A stretch of 64,000 nt of DNA from NCBI GenBank assembly GCA_965113315.1, contig OZ220369.1. One strand, given 5' to 3'. Positions 22,939 through 36,800 of this stretch are shown here, piece by piece. A model generated the notes under the pieces. The model ran no database searches, was not told where the DNA came from, and worked only from the letters and a program-made list of their open reading frames with translations. Source of the DNA: Podarcis vaucheri (Eukaryota). The position numbers and the translations under genes are program-made. The first letter of the stretch is position 1, and each line of letters starts with the position of its first letter.

Positions 22939-23562
22939 TATTTGAAAGTGAGAAAACTAGGGATACTCAAGGAATTTGATGTATATATTCCAGAGTGAAT
23001 TCACTTGGTACACATCATGGGTGGGATCCTTGGAGACCCAAGGTGTTCCCCCCCTTTTTTTAAAAAAAGGCAGACCATAGATCACCTCATAACAATTAAA
23101 TTTGCAGAGAAATGCATACTTGAGACTTCTAAAAAAATACACATAGAAAAATGAGAGAAAACAGAAGGAACATAGACAAAAGTGACACGGACTGAAAATA
23201 AATATATCCTTAAATACTATAATAAAAACAAATAGGAGCAAATAAGTAATTCTGTATGTTACAGGGACAATGATCCCTTCTGCGGAGCTCATTGGAGGAT
23301 TTCTAATCACCTGGAGTATGGGGGAGGAAAGATGAAATTCAGAGAAAATGCCTTTAGTCCCAGCTATTCTTATAGCTGCTCTGGCCTAGCTAACTACTCA
23401 TTGTGTGAAGTGAGTACTAGTGTTGCAGGTTAAGCTCTGCCCTAGTCCATCTGAATTTTGTTTCCAATATTGCTTTTCTGTTACAAGGAAGATCGCTGAG
23501 TTGTTCGTTTTATAAAAAGCAGAAACACATGGTGCTTGGAAGCCACATCTTGGTGCAAAGAG

Positions 23563-23568
23563 TTTATT
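23563..23568 (-). terminator. Probable KIFC3 polyadenylation signal AATAAA
   Basis: tttatt on the plus strand; the downstream (leftward) sequence reads ...atgtgtttctgcttttt on the minus strand, a GU/U-rich element. Confidence 0.55.
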
Positions 23569-24806
23569 AAATTAAAAAATCAATGCAGAGGGCCAAAAGG
23601 ATGGGAATGGGTCTAGGACCTCCATTCTCCCTTTAAAAATATCGTAAAATTCACCTCATGTCAAATAGGCAGATGAATCATCTCCTGAAGTCCAGTTGCA
23701 TCCAAGCCCAAGTCCATCCATTGCCAGCAACGGATGAGATACAAGAGGGGGCTGGCATGTCACCTTCTCTCAGGATGGGAGTGTGTCTGATGGAGAGACC
23801 CTTCGCAATTCAAGGGCTGGCAGATGGCACCACCCTTCTTTTTGCTGTGGCTTCCCTTTCTTTGTGTCTCCCAAATCAGTGTCCATTAGCCTCTGAGGTG
23901 GGCAGGAAAACAAGTAGTCTCTTTAAAAAGTATTCATGGTTTCTGAAACTCCTTTTAAAAAAGCATGTTCCTCAAATCAGCTGCTTCACACAGGGATTGG
24001 CCTCAGTTTCCCTAAAAAACAAACACCACAAGGGGAAATATTAGGGCGCTTTGCTTTCTACTCCTACACTGCACCCATGGTGAGTGCCAACCACCTCTTT
24101 GCTACATGCATAACAGGTCACCCATGAGTGGCAGCTGGCCAGGCTCCAGCCAAAACCTCTGTGCAGAATGTCATGTGTCATGCTAATTAAGTTTAAAAAA
24201 TCCAAAACTAAAAGAATTTACAAATTATGTTCCATAATCTAATGGCAAATGATCCTTCAAGTTATGATTACTGCGTTATTGATTCTTGCACAGGAAAAGT
24301 TTCAGAATATGGAGCACTTTCTTAAAGCAACAGAAAGGAGAAACTGGTCAGGGGTAGGGCAGAAAGCCACCTCTGGCGACAGATTTGGAGATCTGATTTG
24401 AGATCTGAAGCAGAAAAGGAATCTATGAAGGAGCAGGCAGTTATGCAGGCACTTTAAGTACAGTATACAATTAGATCAAGGAAGAGTTATCATACAATGC
24501 CCAGAGGCTCCATCCCTAGAATGCTGGAGGTTTCGTAATGCACCTCCATGGTTACAAGCAATCAAAATATGCTTTAAAAAGTAAAATAAAGGTGGAAACT
24601 TAAGTTCTCAAGGTTCAGTGCCACTTCCCAGATTCTACAGATGTGAAAATGCCATTAACTACAAGCCCTGACCCCCAAGAAAGCAGGAGAGGTTGTGCCC
24701 ATTCCCTGCCACCCTGGCCAAAGCAGAGCCCTTCACCTTGCTAAGCAGCTTAGTCTCCAGCACCCAGCACCTGTCCACACTCACCTGGAGGCAGACAGAG
24801 CTTCTC

Positions 24807-27800
24807 TTAATTCCAGGCTGAAATCAAATGGGACAACAGGTTTGTTTTGCATCCCCACACTTATAAATTAAGAGAAAAAGCAGCCGGGCGTGTACTGCAT
24901 TAATGAACAATTAGCTGCTTGGTGCTGGGTGACACCATCATGTTTTGATGAGTTTACTCACAGCATCTGGCTGCCCACCATGGCTGCCGGAACCTTTGAT
25001 GTGATCCAACAAGAGCAATTCTAATCCTTGAACTTCCTAGAAAAGTTTGTGAACATGGAGTGTGCCTGGCCAATGATGGGTTTGAGGCTGGAGGCAAAAG
25101 GACTCTCTCTGTTCTAATTGTAAATGAGGATAGCTGATCTCAAAGCAAAGGTGCATGGAGATGAATGTTGTCTAGAGGGCTCCCTACACTCTGTGCTTCT
25201 CCTGGAATACACTTGACGTTCTATGCACCCACCCCTCCCCTGCCATTGTGACCTGATTTGTCCCAGGAAGAGCAGAAAGCTCATGAACATGAGCAGCCAG
25301 AAGATTTTCTAAGCACCCAGCATCCATCCTGGTCCAAATCAATCCCACTCTCTACTGCCACCCCTACCTCCAGTAGATACAGAATGGAGGGGTGGCTGGA
25401 ATAGGAAGGTTGCCTGATCTGCTTCCTTGAGGGACATCTCAAGGCCTATTTGTGTGTCTGACATCATATGGTAGATGAGACGTCAGCCTCCTGTTTACTG
25501 CACCCTTCAGATACCTCTATCATGCTTCTCCTTCCTCCCTCCTACCCCTGGATGATTACACAGCAGCAGTGAGGAGAGGGCTTGCCCTGCTGCAGGCCTC
25601 ATTTTCAAAATAGTTTTGAAATAGTTAGCCAGATGCACATGCACACACACTCTGAGCGACCAGAGGCACCAGTTGTGGAATTCAGCTGACCTCTACATGA
25701 AAACCCAGAGAGCATCACTGTGGCTCAGAATCTCTGGGAGAGTCAGTGTGCCCTGAGGAGCAAAAGGAAGAGCCGGCTTCTGTGCAAGTCTTACCTGGTG
25801 TCTGGAGTCTTGCCCGGAGTGAACTCGCTCTCCGAGTCCGAGGAGAAGACTGACTTCGGATGCAGGGCTGTGCTGTGACTGATGATGAGTCTGCCTAGAA
25901 GAGCCGCCACAGGAGTTTGCAACATTTTATCTTAACTTTGTGGAGGTTTGTGGTTTTATTTTTACATGAGAATGATTTTAGCAGTATGTACAACAAATAT
26001 CACATTTCCAAAATAGAAGCTGTAAAATACCAAAATTGGAATTTGCATAGTAGTAACATACACAATAACTGATTTGGTGTTAAGCCAATATAACCAGGGC
26101 CCACCCAAGACATTTTGGCACCTGAGCTAGACCCCAAATGGCGCCAGGGAAGAAGGGGTAAGGGGAGATCTACATCAGGAACAAGGGGGTAAGGAAGATC
26201 AGCATTGGGGTTTGTCCCTGTGGATCCTACTGCCTGATGCGGTTGTCTCACCTTGTCTCATGGGTGGGCCGGCCCTCAATATATCATACAAAGTCATAAG
26301 AGAATACAACAAACTTATCAAACTAAAAGTATCATATACTACATCATGATACATTTGTTTTGGCTTATTTCCCCTCAGATCTATTTCTTGTTTACCTAAT
26401 AAATATGAAATCTGAAGTGGAAAAGGTCTTGTAGGTTATTCTTTACACTAGATCACCCAACCACCACCTGCCTAGTGTCCAGATTATACCAAAAGCACTT
26501 CCCTGTAGGCAAAGTATGAAGCAAGAATAAGCCCCAAAATACACTCCTGCATAAGAAAGCAGGATGAAACCAATGAGGGCCAGTTACCTCTAAGTGCTCC
26601 TGACTGGTCCAGGAGCCCAATTCTGTCCTCCGAGAGCCACAGCCCAGTTCAACAGAGCGAACCCTCTCAGCAAACTTAAGGGAACAGAGTGTCTCGCTTG
26701 TATTTTTCTCCACAGGAGAGACCTGACCAGGGAGGGAAAAGGGAACATTCATGATTATCCACATTTAAAGCTGAAAGAACTGAGGGAGAAGTGGTGAGCT
26801 CCTGCTGATGCCTCCCGCTTATAGATCTATGCTGTTTGTCCCCTTTCCCCAAAGGTGCATGAGATGGAAAGCAGGGAGAAAAACGGAGGGAGTCTTGCTG
26901 CCCTTTGCAACTTTGGGTTACGCTGGGTTTTTCTTTCTTTCTTAGGTGGGGGTGGGGGATGCTCCAGGGCTGAGATTACGCAGCCAAGCACATAAAACAT
27001 TTTTTAAATATCCAAACAGTGCAGGCAGGGGACTTACACCAGTTGTTGCATGCACAACTGTTACTAACTTTTAAATAACAAGCATCTGGACTGCTGAATG
27101 TGTTTTTATTATTCTGTATCCAGATATTATTGAAAATAAATAAAAATGTAGCAAAAGAAAACACAGAGGAATGGCATAGCTCTCAAGGAGAAATAGGAGC
27201 ATCACACTGCGCCAAATACACTGAATATGCAATTCATTATGTGTCACTTGAAAGTCTGCCCCCCCCCATTATAGCTCTTATGGAAGCACCCACCTGGACC
27301 ATCATGAGGGTCTTGCTGTCACCACTGAGAGAGTCTTGAAGCAGGTAGGTCAGCTTGGAGTTGCGGAATGGCACATGGCCCTGGCGGGAACGCAGGGCAT
27401 AGATCACATCTCCCAAAGCTGAGAGGGATTTGTTGATGTACTGGGCCTCACGCAGCCTGCTCCCCTCTGCACCAGACCTCCCCACACGCTCAGATCCTGC
27501 CAGATCAACCAAATTCAGCTTCCCTAGGAGGAAAGAAGTCAGGCACACTTGAACTACAATCCTGAGCATACTTACTTGCTAATAAATATGTTTAAAGGTA
27601 AAGGTACCCCTGCCCATACGGGCCAGTCTTGACAGACTCTAGGGTTGTGCGCTCATCTCACTCTAGAGGCCGGGAGCCAGCGCTGTCCGCAGACACTTCC
27701 GGTTCACATGGCCAGCGTGACAAGCTGCATCTGGCGCGCCAGCGCAGCACACGGAACGCCGTTTAGCTTCCCGCTGGTAAGCGGTCCCTATTTATCTACT

Positions 27801-30800
27801 TGCACCCGGGGGTGCTTTCGAACTGCTAGGTTGGCAGGCGCTGGGACCGAATGACGGGAGTGCACCCCGCCGCGGGGATTCGAACCGCCGACCATGCGAT
27901 CGGCAAGTCCTAGGCGCAGAGGTTTTACCCACAGCGCCACCCGCGTTTAGGACTGAGCTATTAGTATTCAACAAGACTTTGGGTCTCAGCAAACAACAGC
28001 CAGAGCCATCGATGATCAAGCACCCTTCTAAGTTCACCAAGAAACCAAAGAGCTTGGGTGTATGTAGAAACTGGTGGTCAAGAACCCAAGGGTTCAGCTA
28101 CTGGTTTGTCCACAACGGTGGCAAACACAATGCAAAGGAACTATTCCTGGCTACCAGCCAAAGTGATGCCCGATAATGTTTCTTACAATTTATTCTGCTC
28201 AATTAAACCTGGTGGCTCACTGCATGGACCTCTCCTGGACCTTGTCTCAAGTATCAACCGGCGTGAGCTACATTGTCATTTGGCTACCATCTACAAAATT
28301 AATTGGCATTCCTCAATGATCTGTTTCCTATGTGATTCACTTACAACCTAGGTTAGGAGACCATGTTTCCTTCATGGTTGACAACAACTAGGAGTAAATT
28401 TCTACCAACCTGTGGTTCGTATTCCTGTGCTGTAATCAATTCCCCTCACTGTGATAATCAGGAGGGCGTGAGAGCGGGAGCTGTGCTCGTTCAAGTAGGT
28501 GCTTTCAGTCACTCGGTTGATATGACCAAATTCAAAGACCTAGAATAAGTGCACAGAGAGAGAGACAGTCATGCCACACCTGCCTTCAGCAGCCAGTTCC
28601 CACATAGGCCTCCCTCTCTGACCATCATCCCAGGCACTTGGCGCCTATTCAGAGGGCAGCAGAATGTCTGAGCAGCAGAGTGCCTTTGCAGAACTTCCCT
28701 GGCACCACATGGTCAGTGGAAGTCCTTAAGATTTGCTACACATGAAAACTCAAAGCCCAAGAAACAGGAAAAAGGATGCAGGCTGCACAGTAAACTCAGT
28801 TTCACAGTGCAACATGCACAATACTGCCCATATCACATTTTTATATAATCCTATAAATCAAAGCAGTTTCTGGTGCTTGTGTCATAAAATACTCATTAAA
28901 ATTCTTCATTTATTCTTCCTGTAAATCTCATTTACAGAAGTGAGCCTTTCTGAACTTCCCTCGCCTGGACCTAGACTGGGGGGTTGTTGACTTGCTATTC
29001 AAAGTGAAGCCTCCTTGCCCGTTTTCTAACCTGGTTGATGTCTTCTACACAGTGCACAGGGAACTCTGTCAGGCCTGGCACATAGAGCTGTCCACTACCA
29101 TCCGGGCACAGTTTGATGTCCAACTTCTCCTGGGGCTCCTTTCCAAGCAGGTCTCTGAAAGAGAGAGGCAAGCAAGATCTTGTAATGCTATGTGCTCCAA
29201 AAGGACACTTTTCCAGCGCAGAAAGATGGGTTAGGGATGCAGTAGGTGAGAGACAGTTGCCAAAGAAACAGTAACAAATAGACACCCAATATTTGTTTGC
29301 TAAAAGAAAAACCCCACATTGGTTCTCTTGCAGCAGGATCAGGTCCCTTGCCTAAAGAGCTGTTTCATCCTTCCCAAGTTACAAATTGCAGGAGGACAGT
29401 GTTCTTCAACCTGAGAGTGTCCAATACCAACACCATTCCAAGTGCTTTGAACAGAGGCAGAGAACGGCTAATGGAGGGAAGGAGGGAAGAACCATGGAAC
29501 AAGTATTCCTCAGTCAAAGGAATTTTTTTAGCTGAACAAATTATAACAAGTCACAATGAACTGCCTTGGCTAAGAGTGCAGCTAACCAAGAGGAACTAAA
29601 TTCTGAAAATAGGTGAACAGAGTTGCCACTGCAAGAGCTAATTCTGTCTTGGGGCTCAGTTCTGAAACTTGCTTCAACACCAGAGCTAGTTTCCAGAGCA
29701 TCTGAATAGGGATATTAAAACTGCCTATCAACACATCCATCAACACCACTGGAGCCAGAAGGTTGGACTTTCATGAAGCATTCCCTTGTTATATGGGGTG
29801 GGGTCGCTTTTCCTGCAGAAAGCACAAGCTGTTCCACCACCGCCACTGAAATTGTTTTCTGGGACATTCCAAACCTAGGGTTTTGAATCTAGGGACTGAG
29901 AGGTCTTTGGCATCCTGCGGTTACCTGAGGGCTTCATTGTAGATCTCAGCCACACTGACAGTGATCTGGTAGTTCCAGTCGGAGGCTTTTGCCTGCACTT
30001 CTGAGAAGAGAAGCTGCAGTGCCCGCTGGTTGATTCCTGGGTTTTCGGGAGTTCCCTGGTGAGGAAAATGGAAGGGACATCATGTTCCTTCAATGAATTA
30101 ACATTACTTAAGAAGAAAGGAACACCAGAAAGAGTGTGTGTGCGCGTGTGTGCGCGCATGCACACACTCATGCCAGGCAGTCCAGCACATCATCACTGAC
30201 TCACTCTGCAGTGCAGTCATCAATTTCCCTTCCCTCTATCCATCTCCCTGCCATCCCCAGCAGTGGGGGACACACAGTTTTTCTGTAAAAATGCAAAAAC
30301 AATAAAACCTTATAAAGGCTAAAAGGTAGTATTTTGAACTCTATACCACAAATCCCCCTCAGCAAACATGGAAACACTATACAACACAGTCTGCCCCAAA
30401 CAGCAGCCAGAAAGCCTGAATAGCAAGTGGTGTTTTCAAAAGTACCAAAGGAAATTGGACCACTCCTACCCCTTGAGGCACAGCAGGTCGGAGCGAAGGA
30501 TTAACTCTGCTCTTCCAGTGAAGGAGGAATCAAGACTGGTGAAAAGGTTCCCTCCTTTTCCAGTTGACCACAGGTAACCAGATTTATTTACTCCTACTTT
30601 TGACAGTACCTTCCAAAAGAAGAGGTAACCCTTTCCTGTATACTCCACCCCTGTAATGAGTAAGAGCAGGAAGGAGTGTTTTCTTTTGTAACCTAAAACA
30701 GCACAACAGTGCAGCCAGGAAAACCTTTGGAAGAGCATTGAGCAGCTGCAGGGCCACATTTTAGGGACTTGCCAAATGAATATCCTATGGGGCAAGGCCT

Positions 30801-33800
30801 CCTGGGGTGGTGTGACTAACTGGGGACATTCATAAGGGAAAAGGTGCTCCCCAAGATATGTGGGCCCAAGGATACCTTTAAAAGGTGAGAGCCACCACCT
30901 TGAACTGAACTTGGAAACACACTCGCAGACAAGTAATATGGGCTTTAAATTCAGTCCCCACCCCCCAAATAGGTAGGCATTTAGCACTAGCTAAACAACC
31001 CCACAACAGGGTATGGAAACTGCAGAATCAGCAAATCATTTAAAAAGGAACTGAAAAGCAGCTCACCTCCATTGTGTATGTCTTGCCGGCACCTGTCTGG
31101 CCATAGGCAAAAATGCAAACATTGTAACCATCAATGCAGGATGTGATCAGGGCTTGAACTTCCCGGAAGACCTTTAAAAAACAAAGTTTGCGTAAGGCAT
31201 TGGCAGAGTACTTTGCTCCGCTGCCATCAGGCTCATACATATCCATGAGACTACTAAGTCCAAACTAAATGAATCACAACCTCTTTACATATAGAGTAAA
31301 GGAGGAGGATGAGATACTGCAGCAAGAGCAACATGTCTAATTTGCCTGCTGGTAAACACATTCCTACCTAGTTAAGTAACTCAACAAATGAGACGTTTCC
31401 CTTCAAACTACGTTCCTCCTTCTCTCACCCAGCAGCCATTCTTGCTAACTTAACAGGAGAACACCGTGACTATACTTACATCTTCCTGTGTTGCTTCAGG
31501 AGGGAAAACCTTGTCAAGTTCAAATGATACCAGCTTCCCTCTATGCATCAGATGCAAGATGGCATCATCATCAAGGTCAAATGTCACCGCACTGGCAGCC
31601 TCTGGCCCATCGCCATCCTCTTTACATACTGGCCGAACACGGCCAAACACACGGATATTGCCTTAAAGGGAAATTATAGCTTTATAAATCTGAGAACAGC
31701 TGGCTCCTAGGCTCCTAGGCCACCCCACAGAGAATCACAGTGGCTGATGGTTATCTCAACCACTAGGCTATATTCCAAAAGAACCATCTTTCCAAATGGC
31801 ATTTAGGGGCAGGCCAAGGTTCAGAACCTTGTTTTTGGTGAAGCAGAATGTGTGCAAATCCACACTTTGTCTGCCAGACAGCCATCAGCAAAACCACCTG
31901 AGCCACAATGAACACCCCGTGCATAAGAGATAGGAAGATGTTTCCACCGCAAAGGCTCCCCCAACTCTCAAGCTGGGAACCCCAGAAAATACCACCTCAA
32001 CTTCCTATCAGATAGCCTCAGCCGTCAAGTGGCATCTATGCCATGCCCTCAAGGAACCCATACATAGGGACTCACAGACCTTTCAACCGCACAAGTTCAT
32101 TGTGACATTTCTTCCGGAGCTGCAGTTCTCTGCGGTATTTCCTCAGGAGCTCCTGATTTGTACTGCTGACCTCTTCAATGGCTTGGCCAATCTTTGAAGA
32201 GAGGACAAAAGAGTTAGGGGGAATATGTCACACTCTGCAAGGTGGAGAATCTTACTCCTCCTCATCTCATCCAGATCTTCCCGTCTCAACTGAGCCACTC
32301 ATAATTAAAAAGGAACTTTAAAACCAACAGGGAAGGTGCAGCACCACACCATTTAGAGGGCGGGAATCAGCCCTGAGATTTGGAAGTAGGATAGTCTTGC
32401 TGCTGGACTGACCTCAGCCTTGGCACTCTGTAGGGCTTCTTGGAGAAGAACAGGAAATTCTTTGACCTGCCGCTTCAGGCTATTGTAATCATTTGTAAGG
32501 GTTCGAAGAGCTGGCTGGAGAGTCAGGAGATTTGTCCTCACTCCTACAGAGATGAATAAATGTACATTAAGGCAATGCTACATTTTCCCATTTTCATTTG
32601 CAAAAAGCATTTCTCCTCCTTAAACAAAACCACCATAAGGCAGATGCTGGTTCAAATGATCTCTGAACTGAAAGGCAGCTGCTTCTTCAAAAGCCACACC
32701 AGGCCCTTGAGAGAAATGTTTGGCCAGCTTGAAGATACTCACCTGCCAGGTTCTCGTGGACAGCTTTCATTTCTATCTGGGCTCGAGCAAATGCTTCTTC
32801 AATGGCTCGATTCTTGTCCTCCTCCATGTTCTGCATCTCCTCCAGCATCTGCTCGTGGGCCCGCTCCAACTCAGACTCATACAACGTAACCTAGGAAACA
32901 CAGCAAAGGAACCTGTCAGGGTGAAGAGGCCAGGCTACCACTTTCCCTCTCCTCTAGGGCAGGCAAATATCTCCAATCAGTTCCTCTCTGTTTCTCATTT
33001 TTCCAATCTTATGTTCAGTTACCCACATTTCTACATGGGTTTGCAGTTTTTTTAAAATAATACAGTGGTACCTAGGGTTAAGACCTCGTTCTGGAGGTCT
33101 GTTCTTAACCTGAAGCACCACTTTAGCTAATGGGGCCTCCTGCTGCCACTGCACGATTTCTGCTCTCATCCTGAAGCAAAGTTCTTAACTTGAAGCACTA
33201 TTTCTGGGTTAGCGGAGTCTGTAACCTGAAGCGTATGTAACCCAAGGTACCACTGTAATAATCTTATGAACATTCACCAGCATTTTAACCTGAATTTCTT
33301 CTTATGACACACATTTTTGTGTGCAATTTCCCCTAATAAAATTATATTTGTCTGTTATTTTCACAGATATATGCATTTGTATGCAAACATTATTCTAGTA
33401 TATGAATTTTTGTACACATTACTTGGCTAGAGAACAATACTAAAAATCTGAGAATTGTGAATTTCAAAGGACAACTGTTTCAGTTCATGTATGGCTTCAG
33501 AAAGCATGAATGTGGTAGGTTTGCCTTTAAATGCAAACTTAATGGAATTTCTCCCCCATCCCTCCTCTAACATCCATCAAAAGAATGCCTTCTGCTGCCG
33601 ATAGGAAGGCATTAGGACCCAGGGACAGGCTGCACATCAGTGAGGCTTGAGAGAGAGAACTGGAAAGAGGGCCCTGAAGCAGCAGGTAGAGAGCCCAGAG
33701 AGGAGGAAGAGGATACTGCTGCAGAAGTACAGCAAGAGGGGGACCTAGAAGCTAAAGAATGCATAACTCTCTTGCAAGGGACCAAAAGCAGAGAAGAAAG

Positions 33801-36800
33801 CACCAACAAATGAAGAAGCATCCTTAGTGCTTCCTGTTCTTTCCACCTGCATCATTTTGAACAAGTTGCCTGTGGTCTGTTTCTCTCTTTTTCCACACTC
33901 AGAAAGTGCTCACCTGAGCTCTGAGCTGCACTGCTGCCTTCTGAGAGTTCTGCAGCTGCTGTTCCATCTCTTTCAGCACCTGTCTCTGCATCCCAACTTG
34001 GTCTTGCAAGTACTGGTTCCGGGACTGGGCTTCACAGAGGGCCTGCTTGGTCTTTGAGGACTCGACTTCCACGGTCTTGATTACATACTGGGGGAGGAAA
34101 AGCAAGAAACACAGCTACAGAAGTGAGAGATGGCCACAGTTCATCATAGATGACCTTTAGGGTCCTTTCCCACTCTACAACTCTACTTGAGGGCAGCTTA
34201 TGAAAATAAGAGATACTCTGGATCTCTGACTGAAGCGCTTCTGGGGACTGATGACTCTTTAAGCAGTTTTACTTTCAGGAAACTCATGGACTAAAGCCTT
34301 CACAGCAAGCTATTCTGCCTCACCTTAATCTGCTGAGGCTGGGCTTTGAGGCTGGCTATTGTCTCCTGGCTATCCCTCAGTCTGCGGCTGAGCCTTTCCT
34401 CCTCCTCTGCCTTCTCTGCTAAGGAGTCTTTCAGCCGGAGCTCCACCTCAGCCAGGCGATTGGTTTTCTGCTCCACTTCTAGGTCCAGCTCCGACAGGCG
34501 CCCTTTCACCTCTTCTGCTTCTTGCTTTAGTTGGGCCAGCTTTTCCTGCAACTTCACATTCTCCTAAGTAGTAAACAGGGAGGAATGAATATAGCATATA
34601 ATGAACATGACTTCAGCTGAGCAGCCTGCAGCCCCACCCCAGCAGAAAGAAGAAGCAACTCTTTTTACCTGGCTGTGCTCGCAGGTCACGCATTTCACAG
34701 GATGCTTCTTCTTGAGCTCCTGCAGTTGTGCCTCACACATCTTCATCTCTTGTTTCAGACGCACATTTTCTGCAACCAAAAGGTCCCGGTGCTTCTCCAG
34801 ATCTGTGCCACCCTAAAAAAAAGGGCATGGGAGGGAGGCAGGGTGTTAGAGGAACCTATGCATTATGAGCAATTTTACTACTTTAACTACCAAGGCACCT
34901 ACTGGACCTGAGGGAAATCACAAGAAAAGCTTGAAAGTTTCCCACTGAAAAAATTAACAGTGGAAATTATTTATTTATTTATTTATTGGAAAGTTTCCAT
35001 CCCACCAACTCCCAAAGGTATCTATGTTCAAAAACATGCCATTTGTTTGAGCAGAACAAACAGGCAATATATATATGAGTGGATCATTCCTCCTCTAATA
35101 AGTTACCAGCTACAGAAGCACTGTCACCTGTGCCTAATTAATATAAATAAATTCAAAAAACCCTTTTCATTGATAAAGTGAGAGAAGGAATGCTTACTAT
35201 GAGATCTGACTGGATGTGCAGATAACATCCCACATTCACTCTTAGATCTAATTGGCTTTAATTATAGATTTGTTGCCTCTATTTTTGTTTGGGTGCAGTC
35301 AAATTAGTAAGAATCTAGACTATTAGATGCAGGAACACTATCTTTTGAAGACACCAGGAGACTTCTAGAGGGTCCCAGTCAGAGGAAGGAATATGGCTCA
35401 GAGGCAAAGCGCATGCTTTTCTTGCAGAAAGCCATGGCCAGTCAGTGTGGATAACACTGAGCTAGATAGACCAATGGGCTGTTGTGGCATAAGGCATCTC
35501 CCTACGTTCCCAGAAAAATGACTCACTGGCTACACTTTGTTTGCAAACTCTCTCAATAAATTTAGCTGAATTGATCTAGCAGTACTGTGTGTAGGTGGGT
35601 TAATTGCCATTTTCCTTCACACCCACCAGTGCTGGTAACACCCTTATAATTTGTACACTTGGCATTTTGCATTGTGTGGACTATTGCTTTTGTTATTCAA
35701 TTATTAACATATCTGTAGTGTACTTATTACATATTCATTTTGTTTCCTGCATGTGTTTTTCAATGCTGGGTGCATTTTGGATCCTGCTGTTTATGGGCAA
35801 CTCCTCTTCAGCTCTTTTTTCCTTCAGAAAAGCAGACACCAGGCAGGGTCTCTAAGCTTATACTTCTCCCACAGGTGTTTCCAAATGGAGTGGCCCTGCG
35901 CTTCCCCACCCCCAGCATCAAGAAGAAATTCTTATCAGGCGAAAAGAACTGAACTTGCACAGAAACAAGTCCTGTCTTTATGATGGGGAGCATATCACTA
36001 CTGGAAATAGGTGTCATCTCCTCAGATGAGATGGACCAATTTAGAGCTAAGTCCTCAGCAATGTTAAGGGAAGGGTTTGTTAAACAACAACAACAGTAGC
36101 ATAAAGCAAGGATTATAAACACTAAGGGAAAATCTGCATGATAACAGGATTAACCTTTCCAATGGGAAGGAGGGGGATTTCAGCAAAATAACTCAAGAGT
36201 GGGAGAATCCACAGTCCTTCCTGCCTAGGCCAAATCAATAAGCAAAGTGTGATGAACTCAGCTGTTTACAGGAGCATGTTGAATTTCCACAAACACCAGC
36301 AAACAGGCGGCTTGCAATGCTTTTTTGGGGAGACCTCAGGAAAAATGGAGGTCAATGTGGGTCAAATTCATCACATTTAACTTGCAAAACTTGTAACCCT
36401 GTGCTAAGCCACCTTCAGGGTTTTGCTTCACATATAATTGCAAAAGCCAAGTTGCTCATTCAGAACAATTTTAGTCACATACATGAGCACCATCCCCTAG
36501 TTGGGGTAAAGAAATCCAAAGCTGTGCATACACACACACACACACACACACACAAGTATTGCTGCCGTAACATGCATTCCTACTCAGAAAGGAGTTCAAC
36601 AGCAGTTACTTCCTCTGTTCATAGTTTAGCCTACATATAAATGTTTTCATGATACATGTATTATGGAAGACTTTCAGAGATGTTAGCAGTTGAAAGAAGC
36701 TTATGTAGCTCACCAACACAGAATGGAGCCTGTTCATTTCCTGTGCTTGCTCCAGGAGTTGGTCCTTCAGACTTTCTGTCTACCAACGCAGAAAGGTAGC

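Noticed and set aside
22453-22979. Overlapping ORFs up to 162 aa on both strands
   Set aside because: They lie within a GC-rich palindromic MITE and show no transposase motifs.
27850-27946. tRNA-like A/B boxes (also near 37770-37866 and 45950-46003)
   Set aside because: These are SINE heads, not cloverleaf tRNA genes.
30466-30987. 173-aa minus-strand ORF in a KIFC3 intron
   Set aside because: No recognisable homology or needed exon; the flanking KIFC3 exons join in phase without it, and it is partly decayed L2-like sequence.
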